From the NCBI GenBank assembly GCA_964486045.1, contig CAZALK010000006.1, positions 160,001 through 224,000 of the forward strand: a stretch of DNA of 64,000 bases. Reading direction: 5' to 3'. Below are positions 1 through 9,740 of this stretch, piece by piece; the stretch's first letter is position 1; every line of letters starts with the position of its first letter. The notes under the pieces were generated by a model that was not told the origin of the DNA, searched no databases, and saw nothing but the letters and a program-made list of their open reading frames with translations. Origin of the DNA: an uncultured archaeon. GTDB taxonomy: Archaea > Asgardarchaeota > Lokiarchaeia > Sigyniarchaeales > SOKP01. A program made the translations under genes and the position numbers.

Positions 1-1320
1 TTTGTTCATTCAGATTGGTTTAAAGGGTTACATAAAACTTTAGGTGGAATTCTCGGAGGTTTAGATGTTGAAATGCCCCGCCCAAAATATTATAGCAAAG
101 GATTAATAAGAAAGGTTGAAAGTCAACAAGTACCAATAATGTTAATTAATGATGCAGTAAGAAGGATAATCCGCACAGTTTTAATATTTACTACGAGAGA
201 AGATCCTCAAAATTATGACTCAAATTTAATCGCGTGTAAGGACCACATCCAATTAGCACGAAAAGTTGCAGAAAAAAGTATGGTCTTACTTAAAAATGAG
301 TCAAATATTTTACCGTTAAAATTAGAAGGAACTAAAAAATTAGCTGTTATTGGTAATTTAGCCGATTTAAAGAATACGGGTGATAATGGAAGCAGTAACG
401 TAAATCAACCCAATATTGTAACTCCTTTACGGGGATTTAAGAACCAAATTGGAGATAAGGTAGATATATTATACAATAATGGGAAAAATGTTGGTAATGC
501 TCAAAAAATTGCACAGGACGCTGATACTGCTGTTATTGTAGTTGGTTATACATATAAAGATGAAGGAGAAAATGTTGAACTACTTTTGAAGGGTGGAGGA
601 GATCGAATTAATCTTGGTTTGAAAACCAAAGACGTAGAATTAATCCAATCGGTCTTGAATGTGAATCCAAGATGTATAATTGTTCTGATTGGTGGTAGTG
701 CGATCATCATGGAAGAGTGGAAAGGTAAAGCTCCTGCAATATTAGTGGCATGGTATTCTGGGATGGAAGGAGGGAATGCTTTAGCTGACATTATCTTTGG
801 TAGAGTAAATCCATGTGGAAAATTACCTTTTTCTATACCAAAAGATCCTGGTCATTTGCCATTCTTTGATAAAGATGCCGAGGAAATAAAATATGGATAT
901 TACCATGGATATACTTTGTTAGAAAAGCAGAATATTCAACCCGCATTTCATTTTGGGTTTGGGTTGAGTTACACTGAGTTTAAATATGAAAATCTTAGTG
1001 TAAATCTTTCAAATGATTCTATAATAGCTTCTATAGACGTAATAAATCTAGGCAATAGGAAAGGAGAAGAAGTTGTACAATTGTATGTTGGATTTGAAAA
1101 TTCTAAAATAGATCGTCCTAAGAAATTGTTAAAGGGCTTTAAAAAAGTCGAGATAAAACCAAAAGAAACAAAAAATGTAAAAATTAGTGTCAATAACAAT
1201 GATTTAGCATACTATAACCCCGAAACTAAAACATGGGAAATTGAAAGGATGAAATATATCATCTTTGTTGGTTCATCATCAGACATAAAAGATCTCTTGA
1301 ATACTGAAATACTTATTTAG
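1..1320 (+). CDS. GH3 beta-glucosidase, 5'-truncated by the window edge
   Basis: The frame is open from base 1: FVHSDWFKG...GLDVEMP, containing the GH3 SDW nucleophile motif. It continues with AEKSMVLLKN, EGGNALADIIFGRVNPCGKLP, FGFGLSYTEF and a C-terminal Fn3-like domain (GEEVVQLYV). The ORF-track start at 73 is internal. Confidence 0.93.
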   Translation, partial: FVHSDWFKGLHKTLGGILGGLDVEMPRPKYYSKGLIRKVESQQVPIMLINDAVRRIIRTVLIFTTREDPQNYDSNLIACKDHIQLARKVAEKSMVLLKNESNILPLKLEGTKKLAVIGNLADLKNTGDNGSSNVNQPNIVTPLRGFKNQIGDKVDILYNNGKNVGNAQKIAQDADTAVIVVGYTYKDEGENVELLLKGGGDRINLGLKTKDVELIQSVLNVNPRCIIVLIGGSAIIMEEWKGKAPAILVAWYSGMEGGNALADIIFGRVNPCGKLPFSIPKDPGHLPFFDKDAEEIKYGYYHGYTLLEKQNIQPAFHFGFGLSYTEFKYENLSVNLSNDSIIASIDVINLGNRKGEEVVQLYVGFENSKIDRPKKLLKGFKKVEIKPKETKNVKISVNNNDLAYYNPETKTWEIERMKYIIFVGSSSDIKDLLNTEILI

Positions 1321-1415
1321 TACAATTTTTTTCAATTTTGTTCCATTCTTTTGATAAAAGCTTAGGTATAATTTAAATACAAAATAAAAAAAAAAAGTAA
1401 TTTTATTAATTATTC

Positions 1416-4400
1416 TTATCTAGGAGTTTTTGTTAAAATTTTTCCTTTCTTCCTCAAGATGTAGACAACTACTGCTGCACCGGCTACTGATGGGATAACT
1501 ATTGCTAGTGTAAGGACTAATGCAGGATCTAGGGGGGGTGTATAAGATGCTCTCAAATCACTTGTCCCTAGTGCTACAGTATCATACTGACTTAGGGAAA
1601 TATAAAACGAAATATTTTCAGCTGAATCAGCAACTTCAAATAATAATGTAAATGTTTCAGAGAACACTCCAAATTCAATGGTCCTGTTAGTATTTACTGT
1701 TGAAGCTAATAATTGATTTTCGGCGTTTGGTCCAGTAGTATCATCCCAGGGAAGATCTTGCAGTAAATAGATCTCAAAATCCGCAACTCCCTGAAAAGTT
1801 AATACTAATTGAGTCCATTGATATGGCTCACCAATACATTCAAGAGCAAAATAACTCTCATCACCACCAAATGGTAGGGTTGTTTCAGTATGGTTATACT
1901 CTGTTATTAATCCGTAGTTGTAGATAGAACCGGTAATATTAGAATATCCCGAAAGTGTATAATTTGTAATATCGATTGCATGAAGATTTGGTGTCGGGGA
2001 TAGTGTGGTAATATCATAAGTTTCTACGTGCCTATAATCCCAGTAATTCTCAACAGCAAAATCAACATTAATCGCCCCCGGATATGTCCATTCCTCGGGA
2101 ATAATCAGAAGTTTGTATGTTCCTCCTTCAAAACCTATAGTCATTGGGTCGCCACCTCTAATAATAGATGATTCTCTACTATCGTATTCACTGTAATAAT
2201 CATCTAAACTAACTACTAGATTACTAGGATCAGTTGGTTGAGTTATTCCAGATGGACCCCAAAAATCATCGTATTCATATCCAGATTCTCCTATTAGGAA
2301 AAATTGTAAATCTCCCATAACAGTAGCATTTAGTAAAGTTAATTCTTGTATAACAGGTATAGTTACATAATCATTTGTACAATCTAATCTCATCCAGAAA
2401 TAATCATTTTCATCTATACTTGGATCTATATCAAAACCTCCAGTTCCCCTGGTCCATTGACTAAAATCTACATCTGTTAAATCAAATTCAATTGTACCAT
2501 CTGCTGTAAGTTCACTAGTACCATCATTATCTTCCGATAATACAACCCAACTACCATCATAAATTTCACACTCCATAATCCCACCACCTCCAAGAACTGA
2601 AAAATCAAATGTCATCCCAGTCCATATAGTTGGAGCTCCTATGTAAAAGAAATCAGTCGCAGTAGAATCACCATCAAGTGAAAAAACAGGTTGAGGGTAA
2701 CCAAAACTATAATAAGCTGAATCAGTTCCGTTATATGCATAGATGTATGTTGGAGTAATTGTTGAATTTGCTCCAGTATTATTAGAAAGCCAGATCGTAG
2801 TGTTCAATCTAAACTGACCAATATCCGGAATCTCAATGTTAATTCCTACAGGATCTTTAAGACTACCAAACTCTGAATCAGATTGGAACTCAATAGAGGC
2901 AAACTCTGTAGGATTTATCGAAGGATAAGTTAAGCTAGTAACTGGAATTGTTTCCTCAGACCAACTAAATACTTTGGAACTAATTTGAAAAAGTCCATTT
3001 GCTAAAGGGTTCGTATTTTTAATAACAGCTTTATAAGTTCCTGCAGGTAAATAATGCCAGTAGAATGTTGTTGAATCAACTGTTCTTACTAATAGCGCAG
3101 AGTTTATATCATAGCGTTCAAATTCTTTTGAATCTCTAAATATAAAGGCATTAAAGTTTCCTAAAGAATCAATAGCTGGTGCTCCTAAAGGATTAGGTAA
3201 ACTCGTATAATTAAAGCGCACAATTGAATCTTTTTGAAGTGAAAATTCAACAGTTTTTATCTCATCCATAGAAATGCTAAACGTTGTTTTTTCACCAAGT
3301 GTAAATTTCTCATTATTAGCTTTAGTTAAGAAGAATGAATATCTATACCAGTCTTCAAAATCAACGTCGGTTAATGAAACATAAGCATAACCACTTTTAG
3401 CAAAATATACTTCGTAATTTCCTGTACCAACATTTTGTACAAAGTAACCATTCGCACTTGGTGTCCAAATATCTATATTTGGAGTAAACCCAGTTGAAAG
3501 GTCTTCGTATATATCTACTCTAAATACTTCTCCTCTTTTACCACTAATTCTAAACCAATTTGATTGCCACATAGCAATTTTAGAGACATCTAGAGTCGTG
3601 AAATCATTAAAATTTCCTCCAAATTTTACTATATTTAATGGTAGGGAAGAAATATCAATATCTAGAAATTCTAAATTTAAGGAGGCAGGAGATGTATGAG
3701 AAGCGCCGACAAGTAAGCGATAAGCACCTATTTCATTTGCTGTAAATATCAGATAATTATATAGTAAGTCGGTTCCCTGAAATACAGCTGAATCTTCATA
3801 ATAATCAACATGTTCTCCAGATGGAGCTATTAAAAAATGCATATATGCAACTGCACCAGGATTAATTGTTAACCAATCAAACTTTAAAACTTTAGGGCCA
3901 GTACTTTTAATAATTATATCAATTTGCATAGGTTTTTCATAATTAAATGATTGAGCAAAAACTCCACCTTCTTCCATTGCATAGTAATCAAAAACTGTAC
4001 TTACTGTAAAGGGTGATAAAGTTTCTGCTTCAGCATTATACGCGGACACATTTAACCAATGAACCTCGTTCCAAGGATCAATATCATCTGTACTTGCCAT
4101 ACTACCGGCCCAATAAAGATCCAAAGATGTTGGATAATATAAAGAAATATCCTCTCCTGGGTTGTTCACTATTTTTTCTGCAATTGGTCCACCTCCTCCT
4201 AGCCAATCGGTTACGGTAAATTTACCTTGATTTCTACCATCAATATAAACGGCTCCTAACGTGTTAGGGGATGGGATAATCGCACCATAACTTTCAGGAC
4301 CTAAAGGGTCTTCTTTATCTAGATTAAAAACAGCATCTTGCTGGGCAGTAACTGCAAATCCATTAGATATCGCAAATACATTAAATAAAAGGAATATCAG

Positions 4401-4448
4401 TAATGTACATCCTATTGCTATTTTTTTTTTCTTCAGTATGGATTTCAT
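1416..4448 (-). CDS. Large acidic surface (glyco)protein, type I membrane-anchored, function unknown
   Basis: Basic then hydrophobic N-terminal signal (KKKKIAIGCTLLIFLLFNVFA), a beta-rich D/S/T/Y-rich body with many N-x-S/T sequons, and a C-terminal TM helix followed by RKKGK. Confidence 0.8.
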   Translation of the reverse strand: MKSILKKKKIAIGCTLLIFLLFNVFAISNGFAVTAQQDAVFNLDKEDPLGPESYGAIIPSPNTLGAVYIDGRNQGKFTVTDWLGGGGPIAEKIVNNPGEDISLYYPTSLDLYWAGSMASTDDIDPWNEVHWLNVSAYNAEAETLSPFTVSTVFDYYAMEEGGVFAQSFNYEKPMQIDIIIKSTGPKVLKFDWLTINPGAVAYMHFLIAPSGEHVDYYEDSAVFQGTDLLYNYLIFTANEIGAYRLLVGASHTSPASLNLEFLDIDISSLPLNIVKFGGNFNDFTTLDVSKIAMWQSNWFRISGKRGEVFRVDIYEDLSTGFTPNIDIWTPSANGYFVQNVGTGNYEVYFAKSGYAYVSLTDVDFEDWYRYSFFLTKANNEKFTLGEKTTFSISMDEIKTVEFSLQKDSIVRFNYTSLPNPLGAPAIDSLGNFNAFIFRDSKEFERYDINSALLVRTVDSTTFYWHYLPAGTYKAVIKNTNPLANGLFQISSKVFSWSEETIPVTSLTYPSINPTEFASIEFQSDSEFGSLKDPVGINIEIPDIGQFRLNTTIWLSNNTGANSTITPTYIYAYNGTDSAYYSFGYPQPVFSLDGDSTATDFFYIGAPTIWTGMTFDFSVLGGGGIMECEIYDGSWVVLSEDNDGTSELTADGTIEFDLTDVDFSQWTRGTGGFDIDPSIDENDYFWMRLDCTNDYVTIPVIQELTLLNATVMGDLQFFLIGESGYEYDDFWGPSGITQPTDPSNLVVSLDDYYSEYDSRESSIIRGGDPMTIGFEGGTYKLLIIPEEWTYPGAINVDFAVENYWDYRHVETYDITTLSPTPNLHAIDITNYTLSGYSNITGSIYNYGLITEYNHTETTLPFGGDESYFALECIGEPYQWTQLVLTFQGVADFEIYLLQDLPWDDTTGPNAENQLLASTVNTNRTIEFGVFSETFTLLFEVADSAENISFYISLSQYDTVALGTSDLRASYTPPLDPALVLTLAIVIPSVAGAAVVVYILRKKGKILTKTPR

Positions 4449-4618
4449 TTTATTTCAATTTTTTTTCAAATTTAAGATCAATAATATGATCTGTATGCTA
4501 AGACATCACCATTCGATTATATAAATTTGATTTCTTTCTTACTTAATAAAATGTCAAATTTAGTCTCAATCACCTAAATTTATTAGATGAATGATTTCAC
4601 GATCACAAACTAATTTTT

Positions 4619-5404
4619 CTATAAATTACGAATTTCTAGTGCGAATAATGCTGCCCCAAAAGCCCCTATTAGTTGGGGATTTGGGGGAATTAATACTTCG
4701 GCTCCAGTTTCTCTCTTTAAAATTTCTACGATGATGCTATTATGAGCAACGACACCACCAGTAACAACGATAGTCCCTTTTAGTTCAGTCATCTCAATTA
4801 CTCTTCTTATTACTGATTCAAACGTACTTCTTATCAAATCTTCAACTTTTTCTCCCTCTTTTATACGAGTAAGAATTTCCGTTTTTGCAAAAACAGTACA
4901 AAAGCTCCCAAGAGGATTTTTCATTGAAGATTTGATAGCTAAATTATTCAAGTCATCCAATTGAAGATCAAGTCTATGTGCGATCTCCTCAATAAATACA
5001 CCTGTTCCCGCAGCACATTTTCTATTCATTTTAAACTTTAAAATTTTCCCTTTATCATCGAGCTTAATAACTTTAGTGTCTTGTCCTCCTATATCGATGA
5101 TAGTGACCTTTTTGGGAAAATAATGATAAACCCCTTTAGCATGGCAACTAATTTCGGTTTTTGTGGCATTGGCAAAGGTAACGTTATTTTTGCCAAACCC
5201 TGTTGTCAGGATATTTTTTATCGAAGATTTTTCCAATGATGCCTTTAAAAGAACATTCTTAAGAACTATGTCACTCAATTCCCCAAGAGATGTACCAGTT
5301 CGTTTAATGAAGTAGTTTATAATCTCTTTAGCATCATTAATAATCATTGATTTAATATAAGATGTTCCAACATCAATACCTACAAAATATTTATATTTCG
5401 GCAT
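4619..5404 (-). CDS. Acyl-CoA dehydratase activase (HgdC/BcrAD family ASKHA ATPase)
   Basis: GIDVGTS, TGFG, EISCHAKG, IDIGGQDTK, KCAAGTG, SFCTVFA, TGGV and GAFGAAL motifs. Confidence 0.93.
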   Translation of the reverse strand: MPKYKYFVGIDVGTSYIKSMIINDAKEIINYFIKRTGTSLGELSDIVLKNVLLKASLEKSSIKNILTTGFGKNNVTFANATKTEISCHAKGVYHYFPKKVTIIDIGGQDTKVIKLDDKGKILKFKMNRKCAAGTGVFIEEIAHRLDLQLDDLNNLAIKSSMKNPLGSFCTVFAKTEILTRIKEGEKVEDLIRSTFESVIRRVIEMTELKGTIVVTGGVVAHNSIIVEILKRETGAEVLIPPNPQLIGAFGAALFALEIRNL

Positions 5405-5444
5405 TAATTCTTTAGAAAATTATTAAAAATTTAAATTTTACATA

Positions 5445-6386
5445 TTAGGGAGGAACTGGTGGAAGTTCAGACCCCTTAATCAGGCAGACAAGAATATCAT
5501 TAATTGGAGTCGGGATTTCTTTTATTTTTCCATATTCAACTATTTTTCCATTCAAGAATTCTATTTCTGAGGGATTTCCTAATTCTATATCTGCTTGCAT
5601 TGAAACTTTATGGTGTCCTGCTTTATCCAAATAGTTTATGCAATATTCCAAAAATCCCTTGTCGAAATCTATATCACAGGCTCTACCAACTTGAATACCC
5701 TCAATCAATAATTCTCTTGCAAGTTTTCTTGTTTCTTTAAACTCCATTATTTGTTTTATCGTTGCTCTGGTTGTAGCACAAATAGGACTAATTGTATTTA
5801 GTATACATTTCTCCCATTCATACTTTTTAATTCTCGGAGTAAAATTAGTTTGTAATTCGGCTCCAGTTAAAACTTCTGCTAATTGCATCGCTTTTTCTTG
5901 GGCTTTAGGTGTTAATCCACCAATATAATTAGGAGGATTGAAAAATGACATCCTTATTATACCTGGAAATTCTAAATTTCCAGCATAGTTGACTACAATT
6001 CTCAAGGAATTATCTTTCCCAAAAAAATCTGCTAAAATTTCTTCGGTATCTAAACCATTCTGTAAACTAATTAGTGTAACCTTAGGGTTTATTACATTTT
6101 TAATTTGTGGTAAAACTTTCTTGAGAAGCGAAGCTTTAACCGCAATAAACAAAAAATCTACTTCTCTGTCTTGAAGAGCATCAATCGAATAACAAACCTT
6201 ATTCGATGGGAATTCTGCTTTGAAATCTCGATAATTAGTTATCTTGAGCCCATTATTTTTTATCTCATCTAAATGACTTTTTATAATATCAATTAAGATC
6301 ACATCACACCCGTTTCTGGCAAGATGTGCTGCCAAAATCCCTCCTGTTGGGCCCACGCCCACAATTCCAAATTTAATGCTTTTCAT
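5445..6386 (-). CDS. panE: Ketopantoate reductase (ApbA/PanE) family oxidoreductase
   Basis: GVGPTGG Rossmann motif, FIAVK, SLQNGL, WEKCILN, SMQADIELG, SEIEFLNG and PTPIN. Confidence 0.88.
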   Translation of the reverse strand: MKSIKFGIVGVGPTGGILAAHLARNGCDVILIDIIKSHLDEIKNNGLKITNYRDFKAEFPSNKVCYSIDALQDREVDFLFIAVKASLLKKVLPQIKNVINPKVTLISLQNGLDTEEILADFFGKDNSLRIVVNYAGNLEFPGIIRMSFFNPPNYIGGLTPKAQEKAMQLAEVLTGAELQTNFTPRIKKYEWEKCILNTISPICATTRATIKQIMEFKETRKLARELLIEGIQVGRACDIDFDKGFLEYCINYLDKAGHHKVSMQADIELGNPSEIEFLNGKIVEYGKIKEIPTPINDILVCLIKGSELPPVPP

Positions 6387-6459
6387 CTTATAGTCACATA
6401 ATTTCTCTTCTTAGAAATATAACTTTTTTTTTGTCAAAATTTGTTAAATTCCCTCTCCC

Positions 6460-6789
6460 TCAACTTGCTTTTATTCTCCTGCTTTTCCGAAATTTCTGCA
6501 TTAACTCTAAAAAGCTTTCGACTGCAGCTCTTTTTTTTCTAAGGTTATCTGCGGTGGCATCTATAAATTGAAGAGCGTTAGGAACACAAAACTTTACACA
6601 TGTGGGATTACCATTACATAAATCACATTTCATAGTTATTGGAACGTAAAAACCATCAACTTGCCATTTTACAACATGAATTCTTGCTAAAGATGGATTA
6701 CAAACATTTTCATGATACATAGAGCACACAATTTCACAGAGTCGACATCCTCTACATTTTTCTGGATCAATAAACAAGATTTTTTGCAT
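6460..6789 (-). CDS. Small 4Fe-4S ferredoxin-like subunit of the adjacent AOR
   Basis: CRGCRLCEIVC and KCDLCNGNPTCVKFC motifs; begins 15 nt downstream of the AOR stop. Confidence 0.88.
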   Translation of the reverse strand: MQKILFIDPEKCRGCRLCEIVCSMYHENVCNPSLARIHVVKWQVDGFYVPITMKCDLCNGNPTCVKFCVPNALQFIDATADNLRKKRAAVESFLELMQKFRKSRRIKAS

Positions 6790-6804
6790 TTTAAAACCTC
6801 AGAT

Positions 6805-8694
6805 TTAGATGATATGATACTTTTCTTTTTTAATACCAAGTTTCTGAAGAGTTTTCTCAGTCGGAACCCCATTGTTGTCCCAATTATGAAGTGAATAATA
6901 TTCATCTAGCATTTTTTCAAATTTCTCATGATCAATTTTCCTATTTTTAACTCTTGGAAGCCCTATAGGCGTAGATTCTGTGAAGAATCGTTCAGGTAAT
7001 TTATCATCCTTTCTTGAAAATCCCTCCCTAATGTTAAATAACCTTTCAATAGTACAAATTCGCTCCCCAATTTGCATAAGTTGGGGACGAGAAAGCTTCA
7101 TTCCGGAGACCAGATAAATTAACCTTGAAAACTCATCCCAATTTGGTGCATGTACTGCTAAAAATACAGTTTGATATTTGCATATACCAATCGAATCTGT
7201 AACAGCATACAAGAGTTCATGCCACCAAACCATGCGACTTTTCCCTCTGTAAGATCGATAATCTGACGAAACAGGAGCACCATAGATTTCCTCTAAAAAA
7301 TCTTCTGGTAAGCCATAAAGATCAATTGCTGGTCGACTTCTCAAGTGATCAGCTCCTCTAGTCGAAGTTGCAATTCCTAACGCTAAACCAGGTGTAGGAC
7401 GTTCATCAGAATGCAAACTACTCATATTTTTTATTTGAATGGCATAATATTCAGATTTTTTACCGAATTTCTCAATTGCTGTTTTAAATCCATTAGCAAG
7501 TATATCGCCAAATCCTTCTCTAAAAGCAATCTTTCGTATAAGCTCAAATAAAACTTCCTCATTACCCCATTCAAGTTTTAATCCATCTGTCATTTTGTCA
7601 GTTAGTATTCCCTTCTCGTAGAGTTCCATTGCCCAAGCAATTAATCCACCAATTTCAATAGTATCAAGACCATATTTATTAACAAGATGGTTTGCAACCA
7701 AAATTGTTTCTAATTTCCTACAATCAACCATTGTCCCAAAAGCACCGAGTGAAGTATACTCAGGTCCTTCCGCGTATATTGGTGCGAAGGGACCTTCATT
7801 TAATTTATACCGATGTCGACAACCAATCGGGCATGCATAACAGCTAGACATTCCAATTGTATATCTATCCATTTCTTCAGGTTCTAAATCCTCCCCTTCC
7901 TCTAACCTATTAAGCTGAAAATTTCTAGTTCGAACCAACCCAGTAGTATTCGTAGCACTATATATTACAAGCGATCCCCATTTTTGAGCAGCTCTAGAAA
8001 ATCGATTTTTCATAGTCATATCGATCATTTCTTTACAATAATCTAACAACTGTTCTGGGTACGAAAATTCTATGTTCATAGTTCCCCGTACAGCTATTGC
8101 TTTCAAGTTTTTTGATCCTTGAACACATCCCATTCCGGTACGCCCTGCTGCGCTTTTCATCCCAGTTCTAATGTTAGCAAATCGTACAAGATTTTCACCT
8201 GCCTTACCTATAACTAAGGATTTAATCTCTTCATCATCATGATCTGACTGTATTAGAGATTGCGTCTCAAAAGTATCCATTCCCCAAAGATGTTGGGCAT
8301 CCAAAATCTCAATCTCTCCATTGTGTATCCAAAGATAAACAGGTTTGTTAGCCCTACCAGTTATAACTAAGTGGTCAAAACCAGCCATTCTTAATTCTGG
8401 TGCAAAGAAGCTACCAATATTAGAATCCCCAATAGCACCTGTTATAGGAGATTTCGCAGCAATGTCACATCTACCGCTTCCAAGTGCAGGTATTCCTGCA
8501 AGAAATCCAGCACCTATGAGTAAAATATTTTCAGGGCTCAAGGGATTAATTCCAGATGGTAAATAATTGTATAAAAGGTACATATTTACACCTCTACCTC
8601 CAAGAAATTGAGTCCGGATTGGTTTTGGTATCAATTTTTTAATAATTTTTCCGGTAGATAAATCAATAAACGCTATTTTTTTCTTCCACACCAT
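6805..8694 (-). CDS. Tungsten-containing aldehyde:ferredoxin oxidoreductase family protein
   Basis: FLGGRG, KSPITG, AGENLVRFA, AAGRTGMG, SKNLKAIAVRG, CYACPIGC, EGPEY, GLDTI, RGADH, DSIGIC and LDEYY..HNWD..GVPT. Confidence 0.95.
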   Translation of the reverse strand: MVWKKKIAFIDLSTGKIIKKLIPKPIRTQFLGGRGVNMYLLYNYLPSGINPLSPENILLIGAGFLAGIPALGSGRCDIAAKSPITGAIGDSNIGSFFAPELRMAGFDHLVITGRANKPVYLWIHNGEIEILDAQHLWGMDTFETQSLIQSDHDDEEIKSLVIGKAGENLVRFANIRTGMKSAAGRTGMGCVQGSKNLKAIAVRGTMNIEFSYPEQLLDYCKEMIDMTMKNRFSRAAQKWGSLVIYSATNTTGLVRTRNFQLNRLEEGEDLEPEEMDRYTIGMSSCYACPIGCRHRYKLNEGPFAPIYAEGPEYTSLGAFGTMVDCRKLETILVANHLVNKYGLDTIEIGGLIAWAMELYEKGILTDKMTDGLKLEWGNEEVLFELIRKIAFREGFGDILANGFKTAIEKFGKKSEYYAIQIKNMSSLHSDERPTPGLALGIATSTRGADHLRSRPAIDLYGLPEDFLEEIYGAPVSSDYRSYRGKSRMVWWHELLYAVTDSIGICKYQTVFLAVHAPNWDEFSRLIYLVSGMKLSRPQLMQIGERICTIERLFNIREGFSRKDDKLPERFFTESTPIGLPRVKNRKIDHEKFEKMLDEYYSLHNWDNNGVPTEKTLQKLGIKKEKYHII

Positions 8695-8998
8695 CGTTGT
8701 CTAATTCCTTGAACTTTTCATTTTTCAATAAAGTAGGTTTTAAGCTTCAAATCTGCGATAAGATTCACTATATTAGAGTAAATTTTTAAAAGTATTACCC
8801 CATAACAGCAATTTTTTTTATTTTCACTCAAATCATCCATTAGATTTAAATAGTATTGACGAAAAACAAATAAGTAACTAAATAATTTAAAATTTTGTAA
8901 TAGAATTCGTTTAGTGGGAAAATGTGACCATTTTATTATCAAATCCCATAAATGATATTAGCCATATCTAATTTTGTAATAGAGGTGATGATTTATAT

Positions 8999-9154
8999 AT
9001 GAGTGAATCTTCTAGATGCAGATGCCTAAATTGTTTAGAACATTTCCCTATCCAACCAGATGCTAAAGAATCAACTTGTCCTCGCTGTAAAATTAAGTAC
9101 AGAATTTCTTGGCCTTGGCCAGGTCAACCAAAGATTCGAGGTTTAGCAAAGTAA
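8999..9154 (+). CDS. 51-aa zinc-ribbon microprotein (not in the ORF track)
   Basis: Translated by hand as MSESSRCRCLNCLEHFPIQPDAKESTCPRCKIKYRISWPWPGQPKIRGLAK. It has CxxC-x14-CxxC, a strong SD (GAGGTGA at 8982-8988), and is GC-richer than its flanks. Confidence 0.8.
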   Translation: MSESSRCRCLNCLEHFPIQPDAKESTCPRCKIKYRISWPWPGQPKIRGLAK

Positions 9155-9290
9155 ACCTTAGTAGAGAAAAAGATAGTTTCTTTAAATTTACTCTTAAAAA
9201 TCTTATCAGGTGGACTCTAGGAAAGCCGTCTATAAATATTTTAAAAAAAAAATAGTTGGGATGTCCGCTTTGATGAAAGAAAACTTAGGG

Positions 9291-9305
9291 GAAAAAGTTT
9301 ATCTT
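9291..9305 (+). promoter_or_regulatory. Possible BRE-TATA-like promoter element upstream of the MoaD/SAMP gene
   Basis: GAAAAAGTTTATCTT. A similar AAAA(A)G/CTTT(T)A pattern recurs upstream of several genes (about 29894, 44054, 46277, 63082). Confidence 0.35.
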
Positions 9306-9403
9306 AAAATTAGAAAATATTAGTAAAAAATTTTTACATTATCATCATATTTTATAATTCTGTTGAAAAAGATTTTTAATAACATCAGAATATAAGAAAT
9401 TTA

Positions 9404-9685
9404 ATGGCAAATGTAACATTGAGATTAATGACAATGATTTCGAGTGATGTTGGACTAACTTATATCAACTATACTAATGTTAATACCCTAAGCGATATTA
9501 TAGATCAATTTATGAGGGATCATGGAAGAAAAATACGTAAAAGTCTTGTCAACAAGCAAGGAAATTTAGAGAGTCATGTGATTATTATGGTCAATGGAAG
9601 AAATTATCTATTTTTAGAAGAATTAAAGACAAAATTAAATGATGGAGATGAAGTAATTCTCTCTCCCCCCCTCATTGGGGGATAA
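9404..9685 (+). CDS. MoaD/ThiS/SAMP beta-grasp sulfur-carrier protein
   Basis: IIMVNGRN, LNDGDEV and C-terminal PPLIGG; lies next to a tungstopterin enzyme. Confidence 0.9.
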   Translation: MANVTLRLMTMISSDVGLTYINYTNVNTLSDIIDQFMRDHGRKIRKSLVNKQGNLESHVIIMVNGRNYLFLEELKTKLNDGDEVILSPPLIGG

Positions 9686-9740
9686 AACTATACTTTTACA
9701 TATTTACTGTTAAATAACAAGTATTATACTAATCCTTATT

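Noticed and set aside
6805-8694. AOR-family gene read as class II benzoyl-CoA reductase BamB (with the ferredoxin as BamC), which would mean both BCR classes in one cluster
   Set aside because: It has the ordinary AOR EGPEY segment and RGADH, not the BamB-type Cys-ligand segment as I recall it, and no BamDE-I (Hdr/Nuo-like) genes are present.
8718-8942. 74-aa minus-strand ORF upstream of AOR
   Set aside because: Extremely AT-rich, with no SD or motif; lies in a divergent promoter region.
9155-9403. Slightly GC-richer patches upstream of the MoaD/SAMP gene as a Moco/Wco riboswitch
   Set aside because: I could not find the conserved Moco-RNA stems or terminal motif; an Infernal search would be needed.
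9404-9685. GG-ending protein as eukaryote-like ubiquitin
   Set aside because: The VNGR, L.DGDEV and PP..GG pattern is MoaD/SAMP-type, and the tungstoenzyme context explains it.
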